Positions 1 to 12,650 of a stretch of DNA of 64,000 nt are shown piece by piece. The notes beneath the pieces were generated by a model. It did not search any database. It saw nothing but the letters and a program-made list of their open reading frames with translations, and had not been told where the DNA came from. The first letter of the stretch is position 1. Every line of letters starts with the position of its first letter. The DNA is from Octopus sinensis. Taxonomy: Eukaryota. The stretch spans positions 43,400,001 to 43,464,000 of the forward strand of contig NC_042999.1 of NCBI RefSeq assembly GCF_006345805.1. Direction: 5' to 3'. A program made the position numbers and the translations under genes.

Positions 1-332
1 ATGGCACCTTAGGCAATTGTCTTCTACTATAGCCTTGGGGCTGACCAAAGCCTTGAGTGGATTTGGTAGACAGAAATTGAAAGAAGCCTGTTGTATATAT
101 GTATATATGTGTGTGTGTGGGTGTGTGTGTGTGTGTGTGTGTTTGTCTCCCCCAACGTCGCTTGACAACCGATGGAGGTGTGTTTACGTTCCCATAGCTT
201 AGCGTTTCAGCAAAAGAGACTAATAGAATAAGTACTAAGCTTCCAAAGAATAAGTCCTGGGGTCAATTTGCTCAACTAAAAGGCAGTGCTCCAGCATGGC
301 CACAGTCAAATGACTGAAACAAACAAAAGAGA
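1..332 (+). mobile_element. SINE family A (tRNA-head, CORE-like), 5' part cut by the window edge
   Basis: GCACCTT-GGCAA-TGTCTTCTACTATAGCC core, internal (TA)n(TG)n and 3' tail GTGCTCCAGCATGGCCACAGTCAAATGACTGAAAC, shared with more than 10 other copies in the window. Confidence 0.85.
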
Positions 333-552
333 GATGGCATCCAGCTGTAGAGAAACCACCCCAACAAATTCTGTCTGACCCATGCAAGCATGGAAACATA
401 AATAAAATGATTATATATGGATGTCTGCAGATATTTTTGTAACTGGTTAAAGCCACTGTTTTATGAAATTGTTTGGATTTTCTAATCTTAATAAACTTTT
501 AATATATATATATCATTATTATTAGAGACAACTTTGAATGTGTTTTTCTTAT

Positions 553-997
553 TCTGGTCCCAGCAGTGAAACGTAACCCTCACAAAGTGTCCGATGGTAT
601 CACATTGTCTCCAACAATTCGGTGCAACACCAGTGCAAAATCACCTCCCTCCGACAAGTCATCCTAATGAGACGGCTGCGTTGGCAGGGTCATGCCCTCC
701 ATCGTCAACCAGGAGAATTCATCTATGAAGCAATTGCCCCAGCTCCCCTTCAGGGTTGGCAAAAGCGATGTGGTGAACAACAAAAAAACCTGGCTGATGA
801 CAGTCAAAGCTGATCTGGAACCCAACCTAGGCCCCCATGTCTACAGCGTTCACCGCTGGAATAAAGAGTGGTTGGAGATCACGCAGTCATTAGCCTCGAA
901 CAGCCAGGCCTGGTCGGCATTTGTGAGAGATGCAACATTGAGGATGAATGAAGCCAGTTCAACCCACCCCGGGTGAATGCTGTCTCAAGACAAGACA
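553..997 (+). mobile_element. RTE-like non-LTR retrotransposon 3' fragment (frameshifted ORF2 C-terminus)
   Basis: ORFs 622-813 and 692-976 join to give RRLRWQGHALHR...KKTWLMTVKADL...AWSAFV, typical of RTE C-termini (RLRWxGHV; KTW...D); ends in a short (CAAGA)n tail. Confidence 0.75.
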
Positions 998-1326
998 ATC
1001 TAAGCTGCTGAATATAGAGGCTCTCCATTCAGCAGCAAAGATGATCTACATTTAAGATATACTAGCCTTAAAACAATTCTTTTATTCTACACCAAATAAG
1101 ATAATCTCCTATGTTAAAACAGATGTCTCATCAGAAGTTTTTAGTATAGGTTAGTACAATCAATACAAGTCTCATTGCTGAAATAGACTCGTACTCAAAT
1201 ACACAAAAATTACATTGGTAACATTCCAATTGGACAATAGCAAAATAGGGTTAAAAGTAACAGTTCCAAATTAAAATGCAGTTCAGGGATGTAATTAGGG
1301 TTATTACAATACATGTTAAGATTAGT

Positions 1327-1540
1327 CATTTAGCATTCCAGTTACCCTGTCAAATGTAATGCTTATTTATGCAGATTCTTTTGAATTAATCATGCATTAT
1401 CTTTTAGCTTTGAGATTTCAATGATGTGATTGTTTATTTTTAGAATGACATTGTAGGGTAAGTGTCAGAGGCTGGATCTGGCCAGTTTGAAAATAAAACA
1501 GGTAGAATATTTGGGTTAGATATGACTGGTTTGCTAATGA
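1327..1540 (+). mobile_element. MITE family D (piggyBac-like), degenerate
   Basis: Matches the other copies bounded by CCCTTTAGCATT...AATGCTAAAGGG. Confidence 0.7.
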
Positions 1541-2852
1541 GATAGTATATGCAGGCAAAAACAGTATAGTAGAAACACACAAAACACAATATAGTAGAAA
1601 AGTATGTATGTAGGACAAGATGTGATGGAGAAAACTGATCTTCCAATCAAACTTAGGAAGATATGTTTCCATTCGTTTTTCTAAATACTGATATTATTTA
1701 TATATTGGTCACGACACCTAACAGAAATGTTACTGTTTTCTGGTGGCATAAAAAGCACCCAGTATACCCTGTGGAGTGGCTAGCATTAGGAAAGGCATCC
1801 AACCATAGAAACCAAGCCAAAACAGGCTATGAAACCAGGTACAGCCCCAAGTTCCTGTCAATTTGTCTGACCCATAGCAGCATAAAAAAAGGCATTAAAT
1901 GATGATGACGTTGACGATAATTGATGAGGGCATTTGAGCAAACAGCATAAGGCATCCTATCCAAATGTTGATCCATCTGCTCTGAACTGGTTCCCTTTTT
2001 TCTTCTTTTTTTCTTTTCTTTTCATTATCAACCTTGAAATAATGTAAGGCAAAGCTGACCTCAGCAAGATTTGAACACAGTACACAACGAGTCAGAACAA
2101 ATAATTGTAAAGCAAGCTGTCCAACATTCTAATGACTTGACCAATTTGACACCTACGATGACACAGACACAAATATAATATGGTTAATCATGTGGAAAAA
2201 AAACATGAGATGTCACCCACGCAGATATTTGAAATTAAAAGCCAGGAGTCAATATAAACCAAGTAGAAGCTGTTACTCATATATCAAACTATGTTCTTAA
2301 TGCCAGACAGGAAAAGTTATCATCAACTAAGTAACTTTGAACTGAATGACCAGATAGGTAGCAATTTTAGTACATATATAATCATAAAATTACACTGTAC
2401 TTCAACTGGGTGTAAGGTTTTGTGTCTAATTATTTCATTTCATTTCATTTCACAAGCCAATGTCACAAGGTTAACGGAGTAACATTAGCATTATTTAGTT
2501 GGTGAATGTTGCAGAATAAAGTTTAGCTCCTGGCAAGCCAAGCATAAGACCCAGATTTGATTGCTTGCTGAGACGACTTAACCTTCCTTCTGTTAATAAA
2601 CTTTCAGAAGAATGCCACCTCAAATCTAGTCTTAATTTCCATTTGCCATTTCACATATATTTGCAGTCTTACATGATTGCATGTCTTAGACACAGAAAAC
2701 ACTGTTCAGTTTCATAACACTGAGTCGGTTATCCACTGAATCCACTGATGTGTGGGTTTTTTTTTTTACAACAGTATATACAAATCCTTAATGTATAGTT
2801 TCAATCACAAATGGGACATGTAAATATTTAGTTGGACAGGCCAGGTATAACT

Positions 2853-3120
2853 ACTTACTCTTTTATTTGTTTCAGTCGTTTGACTGTAGCCATGCTGGAG
2901 CACTGCCTTTAGTCTAGCAAATCGACCCCAGGATTTATCACTTGACAACCAATGTTGGTGTGTTTACGTCCCCTGTAACTTAGCAGTTTGGCAAAAGATC
3001 CCAATAGAATAAGTACAAGGCTTACAAAGAATAAGTCCTGGGGTCAATTTGCTCGACTAAAGGCGGTGCTCCAGCATGGTCACAGTCAAATGACTGAAAC
3101 AAGTAAAACAGTAAAAGAAT
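2853..3120. mobile_element. Two SINE A 3' portions in inverted orientation
   Basis: 2853-2938 is the reverse complement of about 3031-3115. Confidence 0.8.
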
Positions 3121-3148
3121 ATCATCATTTAATAATCAGCCTCCTGTA

Positions 3149-3198
<50 letters not shown>

Positions 3199-3491
3199 CA
3201 CACACACATGGGCAAACAAATACAAATAATCAGTGCTTTCTAGTAGTCATTCAAATGTTTACATAGAGGCATAAATCAAGCAGATCGTCAATAAATTCTC
3301 TCTCTCCCAAACATCTAAATCATGTCATCTGTTGTAACACACAGTATTTCAAGTCTGATCTATCTACTACTCTCCAAGACATGCACAAAAATCCTTCCCT
3401 TTGCTCTATCTACAGTTCATCATCTATGACCCTCTCACCAGACAATCTTCCTCACGTTCAGAGTAATTAATTATACAACATTATATATAAG

Positions 3492-3786
3492 CCTAGTGGG
3501 TACCCAAGGAAAATCCCTGGGTGATAAATGTTCACTTTTATAGTTAATTACTTGCAGCTAATTACATTTAGAGGGATTTGACTGAATAAAATATATGTTC
3601 CTCTTCATCATTTAATACATAGTACACACACAATTTATACATGGTCAGCTGAACTTATAACATACATTTTACTATTCTTGTAATTTCATTAAATCAAAAT
3701 TACAGAGATGGTAGCAACTAATTGCCTCTGATGCACATGTCAGTGTGATGAACAAACAAAGAGAGACACACTGCATATTATAATAG
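3492..3786 (-). mobile_element. Possible non-autonomous Helitron
   Basis: On the - strand it starts CTATTATAATATGC and ends CTAG, preceded by the imperfect hairpin ACCCAGGG...CCTTGGGT. Confidence 0.4.
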
Positions 3787-5003
3787 CTGAAAGGTGAACG
3801 TCAATAAATCCAAGCATCCAGAGAAATGCCTTCATAAGCATCACCCTAAGCAACCTCAATGCCTACCTCAGAGGTGGGAAATGCTACTCTAATTTTTGAG
3901 ACATGGTCACTTGATCTGCTAGAAATAGCAAACAAACTTCTTTTGGATCAAATACTATATTATCTTATGAAGGCACATAGCCTAGTGGTTAGGCTGTTGC
4001 ACTCATGATTGTCAGATCATGGGTTTGATTCCCTGGTTGGGCAGCACATTTTGTTCTTGAGCAAAACACTACATTTCATGTTGCTCCAGCCCCCCCCCCC
4101 TTTGATCAGGATGGAATATTGACCTGCTCACCTAGCCAGCTGGGTGGTGCCGTTGGAAAGCTAAAACAATACAAAATGCATCGTGACCAGCAATGTGTAA
4201 GAACATCTGACAGCCTGCTCAGTCACGTGGTTACATGATTATCTTATAAAAGAATGAACATATCAAACATGCACCTTGATACACTATGTTTTGAAACAAA
4301 AGACTAGAACACCTTTGAATGCAAAGTCTATTTTTGCATCTAAGAGTCTATTTGTGATGTTTAAAACATTTTTTTTTCCCCACATCAAAATAATCAATGT
4401 AAAACTGCTCTATTGAAAAATTGCAAACCAATCATAATAAAGTCAGAAGCCAAACAACAACACTGTGGCACAGTTTCTTTCATTTTTAGCCAGAACTTCA
4501 TTCAATGTCACTACATATCCACAACTATGTAGTTATTACTCCAACATTACACTGCTCTAGAATTTCTTTTCTCACACATCAACTTTCTAATAGCAGTTCA
4601 AACTGAACATCAACAGCGCTAATCTTAAACAATGTACAAAAAGGTTATGTGCACTGCCCCGCCTACATTGACTAATTAATACACATATACACACACACGC
4701 ATAACCTTCACTATACTAGATCTTTCAAGCAACTCTTTATAATTTTGCATTTCTTATGGAGAAAGTCTGCCATTCGTACAAAGAGAGAGAAGCTTTTTGT
4801 AGTCAATAGAAATAGCAATTCTCTAAATTCTTTGCATCTTTGAACTCTTTCTCCATTATGCTATCACCAACTTTAAAGACTAGATGTTTTATCAATTTAG
4901 TTCAATGCCTCAAAGGTTTTTCAGCAGGGGTTTAGCTTTGCCTTTCATCACATCAAGAAAACATTAACGCTGTCAAATAAGTCAACTATTTTTCTCCCGC
5001 TAC

Positions 5004-5025
5004 CTTGCAAATACGACGATTGTGT
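5004..5025 (-). CDS. Candidate 22-nt microexon of an unidentified minus-strand gene
   Basis: ttgttgtttcttag|ACACAATCGTCGTATTTGCAAG|gtagcg; all three frames open, CpG retained, unique sequence; donor weak. Confidence 0.2.
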
Positions 5026-6961
5026 CTAAGAAACAACAAATCAATGCTATCATGCTCAGATTTTACATATGTGCTTACTAAAAACGAAAAGAAATAATAA
5101 TAATAAAAAAAAACAAGTATTTAAATATATACTAACTATTTCATCTCTATTCTGTGTGAAGTGTTTTGGAAACTGTTTGTTTAAATACTCTCAGAAGATT
5201 ATTCCAATTCTCCAGTAATCTATTTTGAAGAGATTCCTGCCATTAATTTACTAAATGGTTAAATTTTCTGACAAACAAACACACACACACACCAACCAAC
5301 TCCGAGTAATTATCTACACGTGTATTATAATGTAACAAACAACATTGATACTTGAGAATCCTTTCCTTTCACTATGGAACTTGTGATTTAGATGACCTGT
5401 ATTAATTGCTTCAATAAAACTCTATTATTATTACATCACCCGATAATCCTTAAGCCTTTAGGTACGAACCCGCCTGAAACTGCTCCCAGACCTATGATAC
5501 AAACTGCCTGTTTTAAAATTATCTAAACCAAAAACCTATTAGAAGTTAATACTAATTCATGTTCTAAACATCAGCTTTAATAAGAACAAAAGTTATTTTA
5601 ATAAATTCTTTATTATTTTCAAAACTAATTGAAACAAAGACAGCGCATTTCAAAAGAAATATGGTAACAAACGGGTTAAAATGAATTCAAAATCAAACTG
5701 CTTTCATGAAAACATGGACAGGAACAACAAAGCATCTGAGAAGACGATAGGTGCAGTCATGGCTGTGAGGTTACAAAGTTTACTCCTTAACCACATAGTT
5801 TCAGGTTCAATCCCACTATACCACTATGTGGCACCATAGGTAAAGTGTTTTCTACTATAACCCAAGGCCAACCAAAGCCTTATGAGTAGATTTCATAGGT
5901 AGAAACCGAAAGAAGCTTGTCATGTGCATGATCATGTGTGCAGCTCCTTGTCATGAAATCATATCACAGATGTAAATGAGCACTGCTGTCATTCATCTCA
6001 AATCTATGAAAACATGTCTGGCCATGGGGAAATATTACTTTGCTTGGAAACAGGTGAGGACTGACAACAGGAAGAGCAATGTGGTCATAGAAAATCTGCC
6101 TGATAAACTCCATCTGACCTATTGCAAGCATGGAAAGGTGGATGTCAAAACAATGATGTCAATGAAGCCAAAGTTTTTTTTTATATTCCTGAAGCTATGT
6201 TTGTAAAATTAATAGACAAAATACATATCAATAGAGTGATACATATGTATCACTAATTCTATTAGAGTGAGAATGAATCTGAAAGCACCTGGGGAAAAAA
6301 ACCTGCGAATGAATGAATGAATGAATAAGTAAGCATGTGAACAAATGAATACCATATAGTCATCAGCAGCAGCATCATTGTATGCCCACTTTCCATGCTG
6401 TCATGCATTGGACACAGACACAGAGAGATATATAAATAAATCGTGTGTGTATATATAGAGTGTATGTATGTGTATACATAGTGTATGTATGTGTGTATAT
6501 GTATGTATGTATGTATGTATGTGTGTATATGCATGTATGTATGTATGTATGTGTATATGTATGTATGTGTGTATATGTATGTGAGTTTGTGTGTGTGTAT
6601 ATATGTATAATAATATTGGGGAGTATAACTCCAAACTTACAGGGAAAAATTCAATTTATTAATAAATCAAATTTCACAGTATAAATATATAAAATATAAA
6701 TTAGAGATAAAACCACTATTAAGCAATTCAAACAGTGATAGACATAAACCAATACATAAATAACCAATATATATATTCTTTTATTCTTTTATTCTTTTAC
6801 TTGTTTCAGCCATCCGGCTGAGGCCATGCTGGGGCACCGCCCTTGATATATATATTCTTTTTTTATATATATATTCTTTTTTTTTTTTAAATATAAAACT
6901 TATAATTAGATCTCAAAAAGTATAAAATGAATGATAAATATATAATATAATATTTATATTT

Positions 6962-6995
<34 letters not shown>

Positions 6996-7034
6996 TACAT
7001 ACACACATACAGAGGGAAACAGAGAAACAGCAGA

Positions 7035-7200
7035 CAGATATTGAAAATCCTTTAACTGAAATGCTAGAGACTAGAAATGTTTCAGATTTTGCCAGGTTTG
7101 AGAAACACTGTATATTTTTACATTTATAAAATGAGCTGACTTGGAAATGGGATCCAAGTGTAAATATACTATTCAGTTGTATTTCATAAAAGTACATTTT
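7035..7200 (+). mobile_element. Tigger/pogo-like DNA transposon end fragment
   Basis: TTGAAAATCCTTTAACTGAAATGCTAGAGACTAGAAATGTTTCAGATTTT...AATGAG...CTTGGAAATGGGATCCAAGTGTAAA resembles my recollection of the MER46C/Zombi consensus. Confidence 0.5.
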
Positions 7201-8099
7201 CACTATATATTGAAGACATACAGGCATGTCTGTGTGGTTAAGAAGCTCACTTTGCAACTACATACTTCTGGGTTCCATCCCACTGCATGGAACTTTGGAG
7301 AAGTGTCACTTTCTATAGCCCCAGGCCAACTAATGCTTCAAGAGTGAATTTGGTAGAGAGAAACTGTGTGGAAGCCTATCATGTGTGTGTAAATGTGTGC
7401 ATGTGTGTTGTGTTTGACCACCACCAGCATTTGACACTGGCGTTGCTTTGTTTATATCCTTATAACTCAGCAGTTTAGCAGAAACTGATAGGCTGATTAC
7501 AAGACAGAAAAGTAAGTACTGTGTGGGGGAGGCTTTGACTAAACCCTTCAAGGTGGTGCCCCAGGAAAAAAAGGAAATAAAAGATATAAATGTAGTTTTA
7601 TATACATTTGGTGCGGCTCCAATTCCATACAGAAACTGAAAGAAGAGAGAGAGAGGGAGAAGGATTTTTTTCCGTGTGCTTTTCTCTAAAAATCACAGAG
7701 CCATAGACAGTGGTATCAATTCTCCAGTCAACAAATTGTCCAATGGCTTTGCACCTTTGCAGACATGTAGAATATGAGATCCCTTACTTGGAAAACAGAT
7801 AAAGGTTAATGGCAGAAAGGGCATCCGGTTGTCAAATAAGCCTCAATAATATATTCGTTTAACCCATGCTAGCATAAAAAAAGAGGAAGGTGTGTGTGTG
7901 GTTGTGTGTGTGTGCATATATACTAGCTTTGCATATACAGATAAAAAAATTAGCCAAACTAAAAGACATGTAGTAAGTAATTTATATAAAAGACCAATGG
8001 TAAACTTAACACGTTATACATAATGGCTGAGCAATAAAACTACCGGTGAACACTTGCACACAAACACTCTTGCACTTGTATATAGCCATCCAAAAATTC

Positions 8100-8470
8100 C
8101 TTTATTCTTTTGTTTGTCATTTTACTGTGGCCATGCTGGAGCACCACCTTAAAGGGTTTTAGTCAAAGAAATTGACCCCAGGACTTATTCTTTGTAAACC
8201 TAGTAATTGTTCTATTGGTCTCTTTTGCTGAACCACTAAGTTACAGGGACTAAAACACACCAGCATTGATTGTCAAGCAATGGCAGCGGGGACAAGCATG
8301 CACACACAATGGGCTTCTTTCAGTTTCCATCTACCAAATCCACTCACAGTGCTTTGGTCAGCCCGAGACCATAGTGGAAGACACTTGCCCAAAGAGCCAT
8401 GCAGTGGGACTGAACCCAGAACCATGTGGTTGGAAAGCAAGCTTCTTACCACACAGCCACACCTGCACCT
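8100..8470 (-). mobile_element. SINE family A, diverged near-full-length copy
   Basis: Reverse-complement match to the family A head, core and tail. Confidence 0.8.
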
Positions 8471-9862
8471 ATATACATCTCTAAATATATACATGTCCAC
8501 TCAACAATACATGTGCAACCACATATGCACATGCAATCACAGACACTAAGCACAGATGAGTGAACAGTTTTTTGCTTATTGCTGTTGTTATTTTGTCCCA
8601 TGTCTGCTCTGATCAAGAAGGCCTATGATCAATGGTATTCTAGCTAGGTACTGCGAACAGAGTACCACATTTTCTAATGTGTCCTTTTCTATCTCTTTTC
8701 AACTCTCTTCCTCTCTGTCACTCCCTACCGTCTCGCTCTCTTTCTCTTCTATTCTGCTATTTTTAACAAAATGAGCAAACATGTGGAAGGTCCCTTGGAT
8801 AAGCAATACACACAGGCATAAGCAAACACACACATGGAAAGGTAAAACTGTATGTATACACAATGAAAATGAAAGTACACACATACATACACATTTACTT
8901 GTATACAAGCACACTGCAGGCACTATGTTGAATAAAAAAAATAAAATAAAATAACACCACCAGAAAAACAAATCTATGTTACGATAAGAGATCAATATTG
9001 CAAGATTCGAGATCGATAGGCAAATCTAAATAAAACTTATGAGGGGGAATGTAACCCAATCAAGTGATTGATTAGATAATAAATATATAAAAAAAAATCA
9101 AATGAGTGTGTGCAAGTGCACGTGTGTTTGTGCGCGTGTGTATGAATGGGCAACAGGAAGTGAGCAAATGAACGAGTGATTACTAGAGATTAGAATGAAC
9201 GAATTAATGAATGAGAGAATGAATGAGAATATTGACAGGCAGGCCAGGCACATACAACTTCAAAGTATTGGTGAGAAAGAGAGAGGGGAGAGGAAGAGAG
9301 AGAAAAAAAGAGAAGGGAGAGGTTGAAAAAGAGAGGACAGAGGGAGAAAGAGTAAAGGACGGAGAATGTGCCAAGAAGAGAGAGAGAGAGTCAGCTAGGA
9401 AGAGAGAAAGACAGACAGGAAGTAAAAAAGAAAAGAGGAGGAAGTGAAAGGAAATAGAGAGGATGAGAGAAACATGCAGAAGCAAAGTACAAGAGCAATA
9501 ATAATAATAACAACAACAAGAATTCAATATAATGGATCAGTTCTAATTAACAGAAGTCATCAACAAAGTGGTAACAGAAGTATTTACAACTAATGACAAT
9601 GTTATTCGTTTGCTGGTTTCAGTCACTGGACTGCAGCCATGCTAGAACACCCAGCTTCCAGCATTTAGCTGATAGCATTGACTGAAGTACTTACATTTAT
9701 CTCATCTATCGAGTACTCAGTCAAGTACTTATTTTATCAATCTCTATTTGCTGAACCACTAGATTGCATAGCATAAATAAATACTTGCACCTATCAAATT
9801 CCACTCACTAAGTTACATGGCCAACCAGATGCTATGAGAAGAAGACACACTTCCCCTTGGGT

Positions 9863-10140
9863 GCTGTTGTTGTTGTTGTTAAGCAACAAGATGGGTAAGG
9901 GTGATTAGGTGATGGTCTAGGGCTTAGGGGCGGGAGGCCCCAGACCTTAAGGAAAAAAAAACTTTGGTTGTCTTGTAGTCGAGGGCTCTTCGTTGACGCC
10001 CGACACCACTGGGAGGTGGCCCTCGAAGTCACTGGAAATGGAGATCTCCGGGTCCAAATTCTTGAATGGCCCCCTTGGGTGCTGCAAGGAACTGAGACTA
10101 ATATGCATGAATGATTGCAAAAACCATAAAGAGCCACACT
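9863..10140 (-). mobile_element. 3' end of an unclassified retroelement with an (AAC)n tail
   Basis: GC- and CpG-rich block ending on the - strand in TTAACAACAACAACAAC; may extend to about 10870. Confidence 0.4.
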
Positions 10141-11213
10141 GTTATGTCTGCAACTATCGTTCCTAGAAGGCTTTACTCTCGTGCTTTCTGTCCCTTTCCA
10201 TTTATATGATAGATTCTCTTGTTGTGAACAACAAATGAGGGTTCAGTAAAATAAAGTGGTAATCATGTTTGATGGACACAAATGGGTCTCTTGAGGCCAG
10301 CTGATGCCTTGCAAACCTTTTGGCAAATGGAGCAAGTTGAGGACTCAGTTTACTCAAGTGCTCATGGATCATTCACTATGTGTTTTCTAGAGTGGTTGGC
10401 AAGGCCTACTTTGCTTTGTACCACAAAACCACAATGACAGGTAAGGTTTCCATTTGAAAGAGCAGCATTTTGCCAGCATGCCTTCATGCTGGCATGATGT
10501 TGGTCCCAATCTTGGGAGTTGATCTTGCTTAAATCTTCGAACTGAGGAGGAGCATATATAATTTATCATTATTGGATTCCCCTACTGATTTCAATGATTG
10601 AGGACTTGACTTTTTTTCTTTCTTTTTTTTTTGCTTTTGGGTGTTTTTATCTATATAACTCTGACAACTGTCTCTTTTATGAGACTTTAATCCAGCCACT
10701 AATTTACAAACAAGTCCACAGATTTGACATAGGAAAGAATTGTTAAAGTAGCTGGCATGTTTGCAAGTTAGTTTTTGTCTTTGCTCTCAATTCTTTATGA
10801 TATTCTGGATGGTCCAATTCCTAACTCTTTATGGATTGATTTATAGCAAGTTAACAGCTATCTATGGTGATTCAATAAGTTTGTTCATTTTAATATGCAC
10901 TTTTCTATGACAGCAAAGGTTTAGACTGGCAGTTATTTGAGGTAGGATTTTACAGCTAAATGATCTTTTTGTTGAAAACCCTTACCCGCTTTTCAAGTAA
11001 GAGATTTTTATCCCAGAAGTCTTTGAAAGTACAGAGCAACCGACCATAATCTCTGCTGTAGGCACAAGGCCCTAAATTTCAGAAGACAGGGCTAATTAAT
11101 CACATCAACCCCAGTGCAAAACTGGTACTCATTTTATCAATCCTAAAAAGATGAAATGCAAAATCGGCCTCAGCAAAATTTGAACTCGGAAAACGTAAAG
11201 ATGGACATAATAC

Positions 11214-11438
11214 CTATTTCTTTACTACCCACAAGGGGCTAAACAAAGAAGGGACAAACAAGGACAGACAAACGGATTAAGTTGATTATATCAACCCCCA
11301 GTGCGTAACTGGTACTTATTTAATTGACCCCGAAAGTATGAAAGGCAAAGTCGACCTCAACGGAATTTGAACTCAGAACATAGTGGCAGACGAAATACCG
11401 CTAAGCATTTCGCCCATCGTGCTAGCGTTTCTTCCAGC
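11214..11438 (-). mobile_element. SINE family B (Meta/MESC-type central domain), young copy nested in an older copy
   Basis: GAGTTCAAATTCC B-box-like motif, GCCTTTCAT-CTTTCGGGGTC-A...AAGTACCAG core and tail CCCCTTGTGGGTAGTAAAGAAATAG; older copy at about 11055-11213. Confidence 0.8.
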
Positions 11439-11910
11439 ATTCCGTCTGGCAGGCTAACAATTCTGCCAGGTTGTTGCTTAAGAGTAACCAATCATAAATG
11501 TCAACATCATCACCATTTGGTTGAAGCAGTAAGGAGTGTTGAATATCAATGTTCAACACACATACACATGATGGGTTTCCTACAGTTTCTGTCTACCAAA
11601 TTCATTCACAACCCAAGTTTGGAGTGGAAGACAGTGACCAAGGTTCCAACCAGTGCAACCAAATCCAAAACCACAAGGTTGCGAAGCAAACTTCTCAACC
11701 ACAAATACTAATTCATTAATGTTAAAAACTTATAAATATTATGAGAAGACAGAAGGACTCTGCATAGTGTGTTTATATGTGCATACATACACACACTGTG
11801 CATGCATATATATATCTATATTATAAATGATGATGATGATGAAGCTATTGGATTGTCATTTGTATTTCTCTATCAAATTTATTGTTTATAATATATATAT
11901 ATATATATAT

Positions 11911-12175
11911 AGCTCCTGTGCAGGTGGCACATAAAAAGCACCATTTGAGCGTGGCCGTTGCCAGTACTGCCTGACTGGCCATCGTGCCGGTGACACGTAA
12001 AAGCACCCACTACACTCTCAGAGTGGTTGGCATTAGGAAGGGCATCCAGTTGTAGAAACTCTGCCAGATCAGATTAGAACCTGGTGCAGCCATTTGGTTC
12101 GCCAGTCCTCAGTCAAATCATCCAACCCATGCTAGCATGGAAAGCAGACGTTAAACGATGATGATGATGATGATA
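11911..12175 (+). mobile_element. SINE family C (V-domain-like), 5'-truncated, inserted in (TA)n
   Basis: GGCATTAGGAAGGGCATCCAG motif, CCATGCTAGCATGG palindrome, (GAT)n tail. Confidence 0.8.
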
Positions 12176-12285
12176 TATATACACACACCACACATGCAGA
12201 AGTAAAGCATAAACATACGGGTCAAAAGATTTCAAATGCACACATGTACAAGTGTGTATATGAAAGAATGTGGAATAAAAGACAC

Positions 12286-12650
12286 AATAAAAACACTAAC
12301 CAGTGATGCATATAAATACAAACTTGTTACCAGTTCAAATATGCTTGAGGCATATTTGAATACATAAGGAAGCAATTGACTGTATTTTGTCATGGAGAAA
12401 ATTTCTCACTGCAGACAGATAAGTGTAAACACACACCAAGTCAGTTCATAGCACCCTTTAACAAGACTGGTGGAAGCATCCTCTTCGGTATCAGAGACTG
12501 GAAAGGTAGACACTGCAAACTGACAAGCGACAGGTCTCCAGTCATCACACTATGGTGACTCACCATCAATGAAATATGGAATAAAAGCGCTAAGCAGTGA
12601 TGTATATAAATACAAAATTGTTACCAGTTCAAATATGCTTGAGGCATATT
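12286..12650 (+). repeat. 71-bp direct repeat pair (12286-12356 and 12580-12650)
   Basis: Direct alignment gives 66/71 identical bases, period 294 bp. Confidence 0.9.

Noticed and set aside
3416-3462. Plus-strand 47-nt exon-like segment
   Set aside because: Moderate donor only and no supporting plus-strand gene structure.
10391-10440. Plus-strand 50-nt exon-like segment (ttttctag ... CAG|gtaagg)
   Set aside because: Good splice signals, but it lies in a probable decayed retroelement, opposes the inferred host strand and has no recognisable peptide or partner exons.
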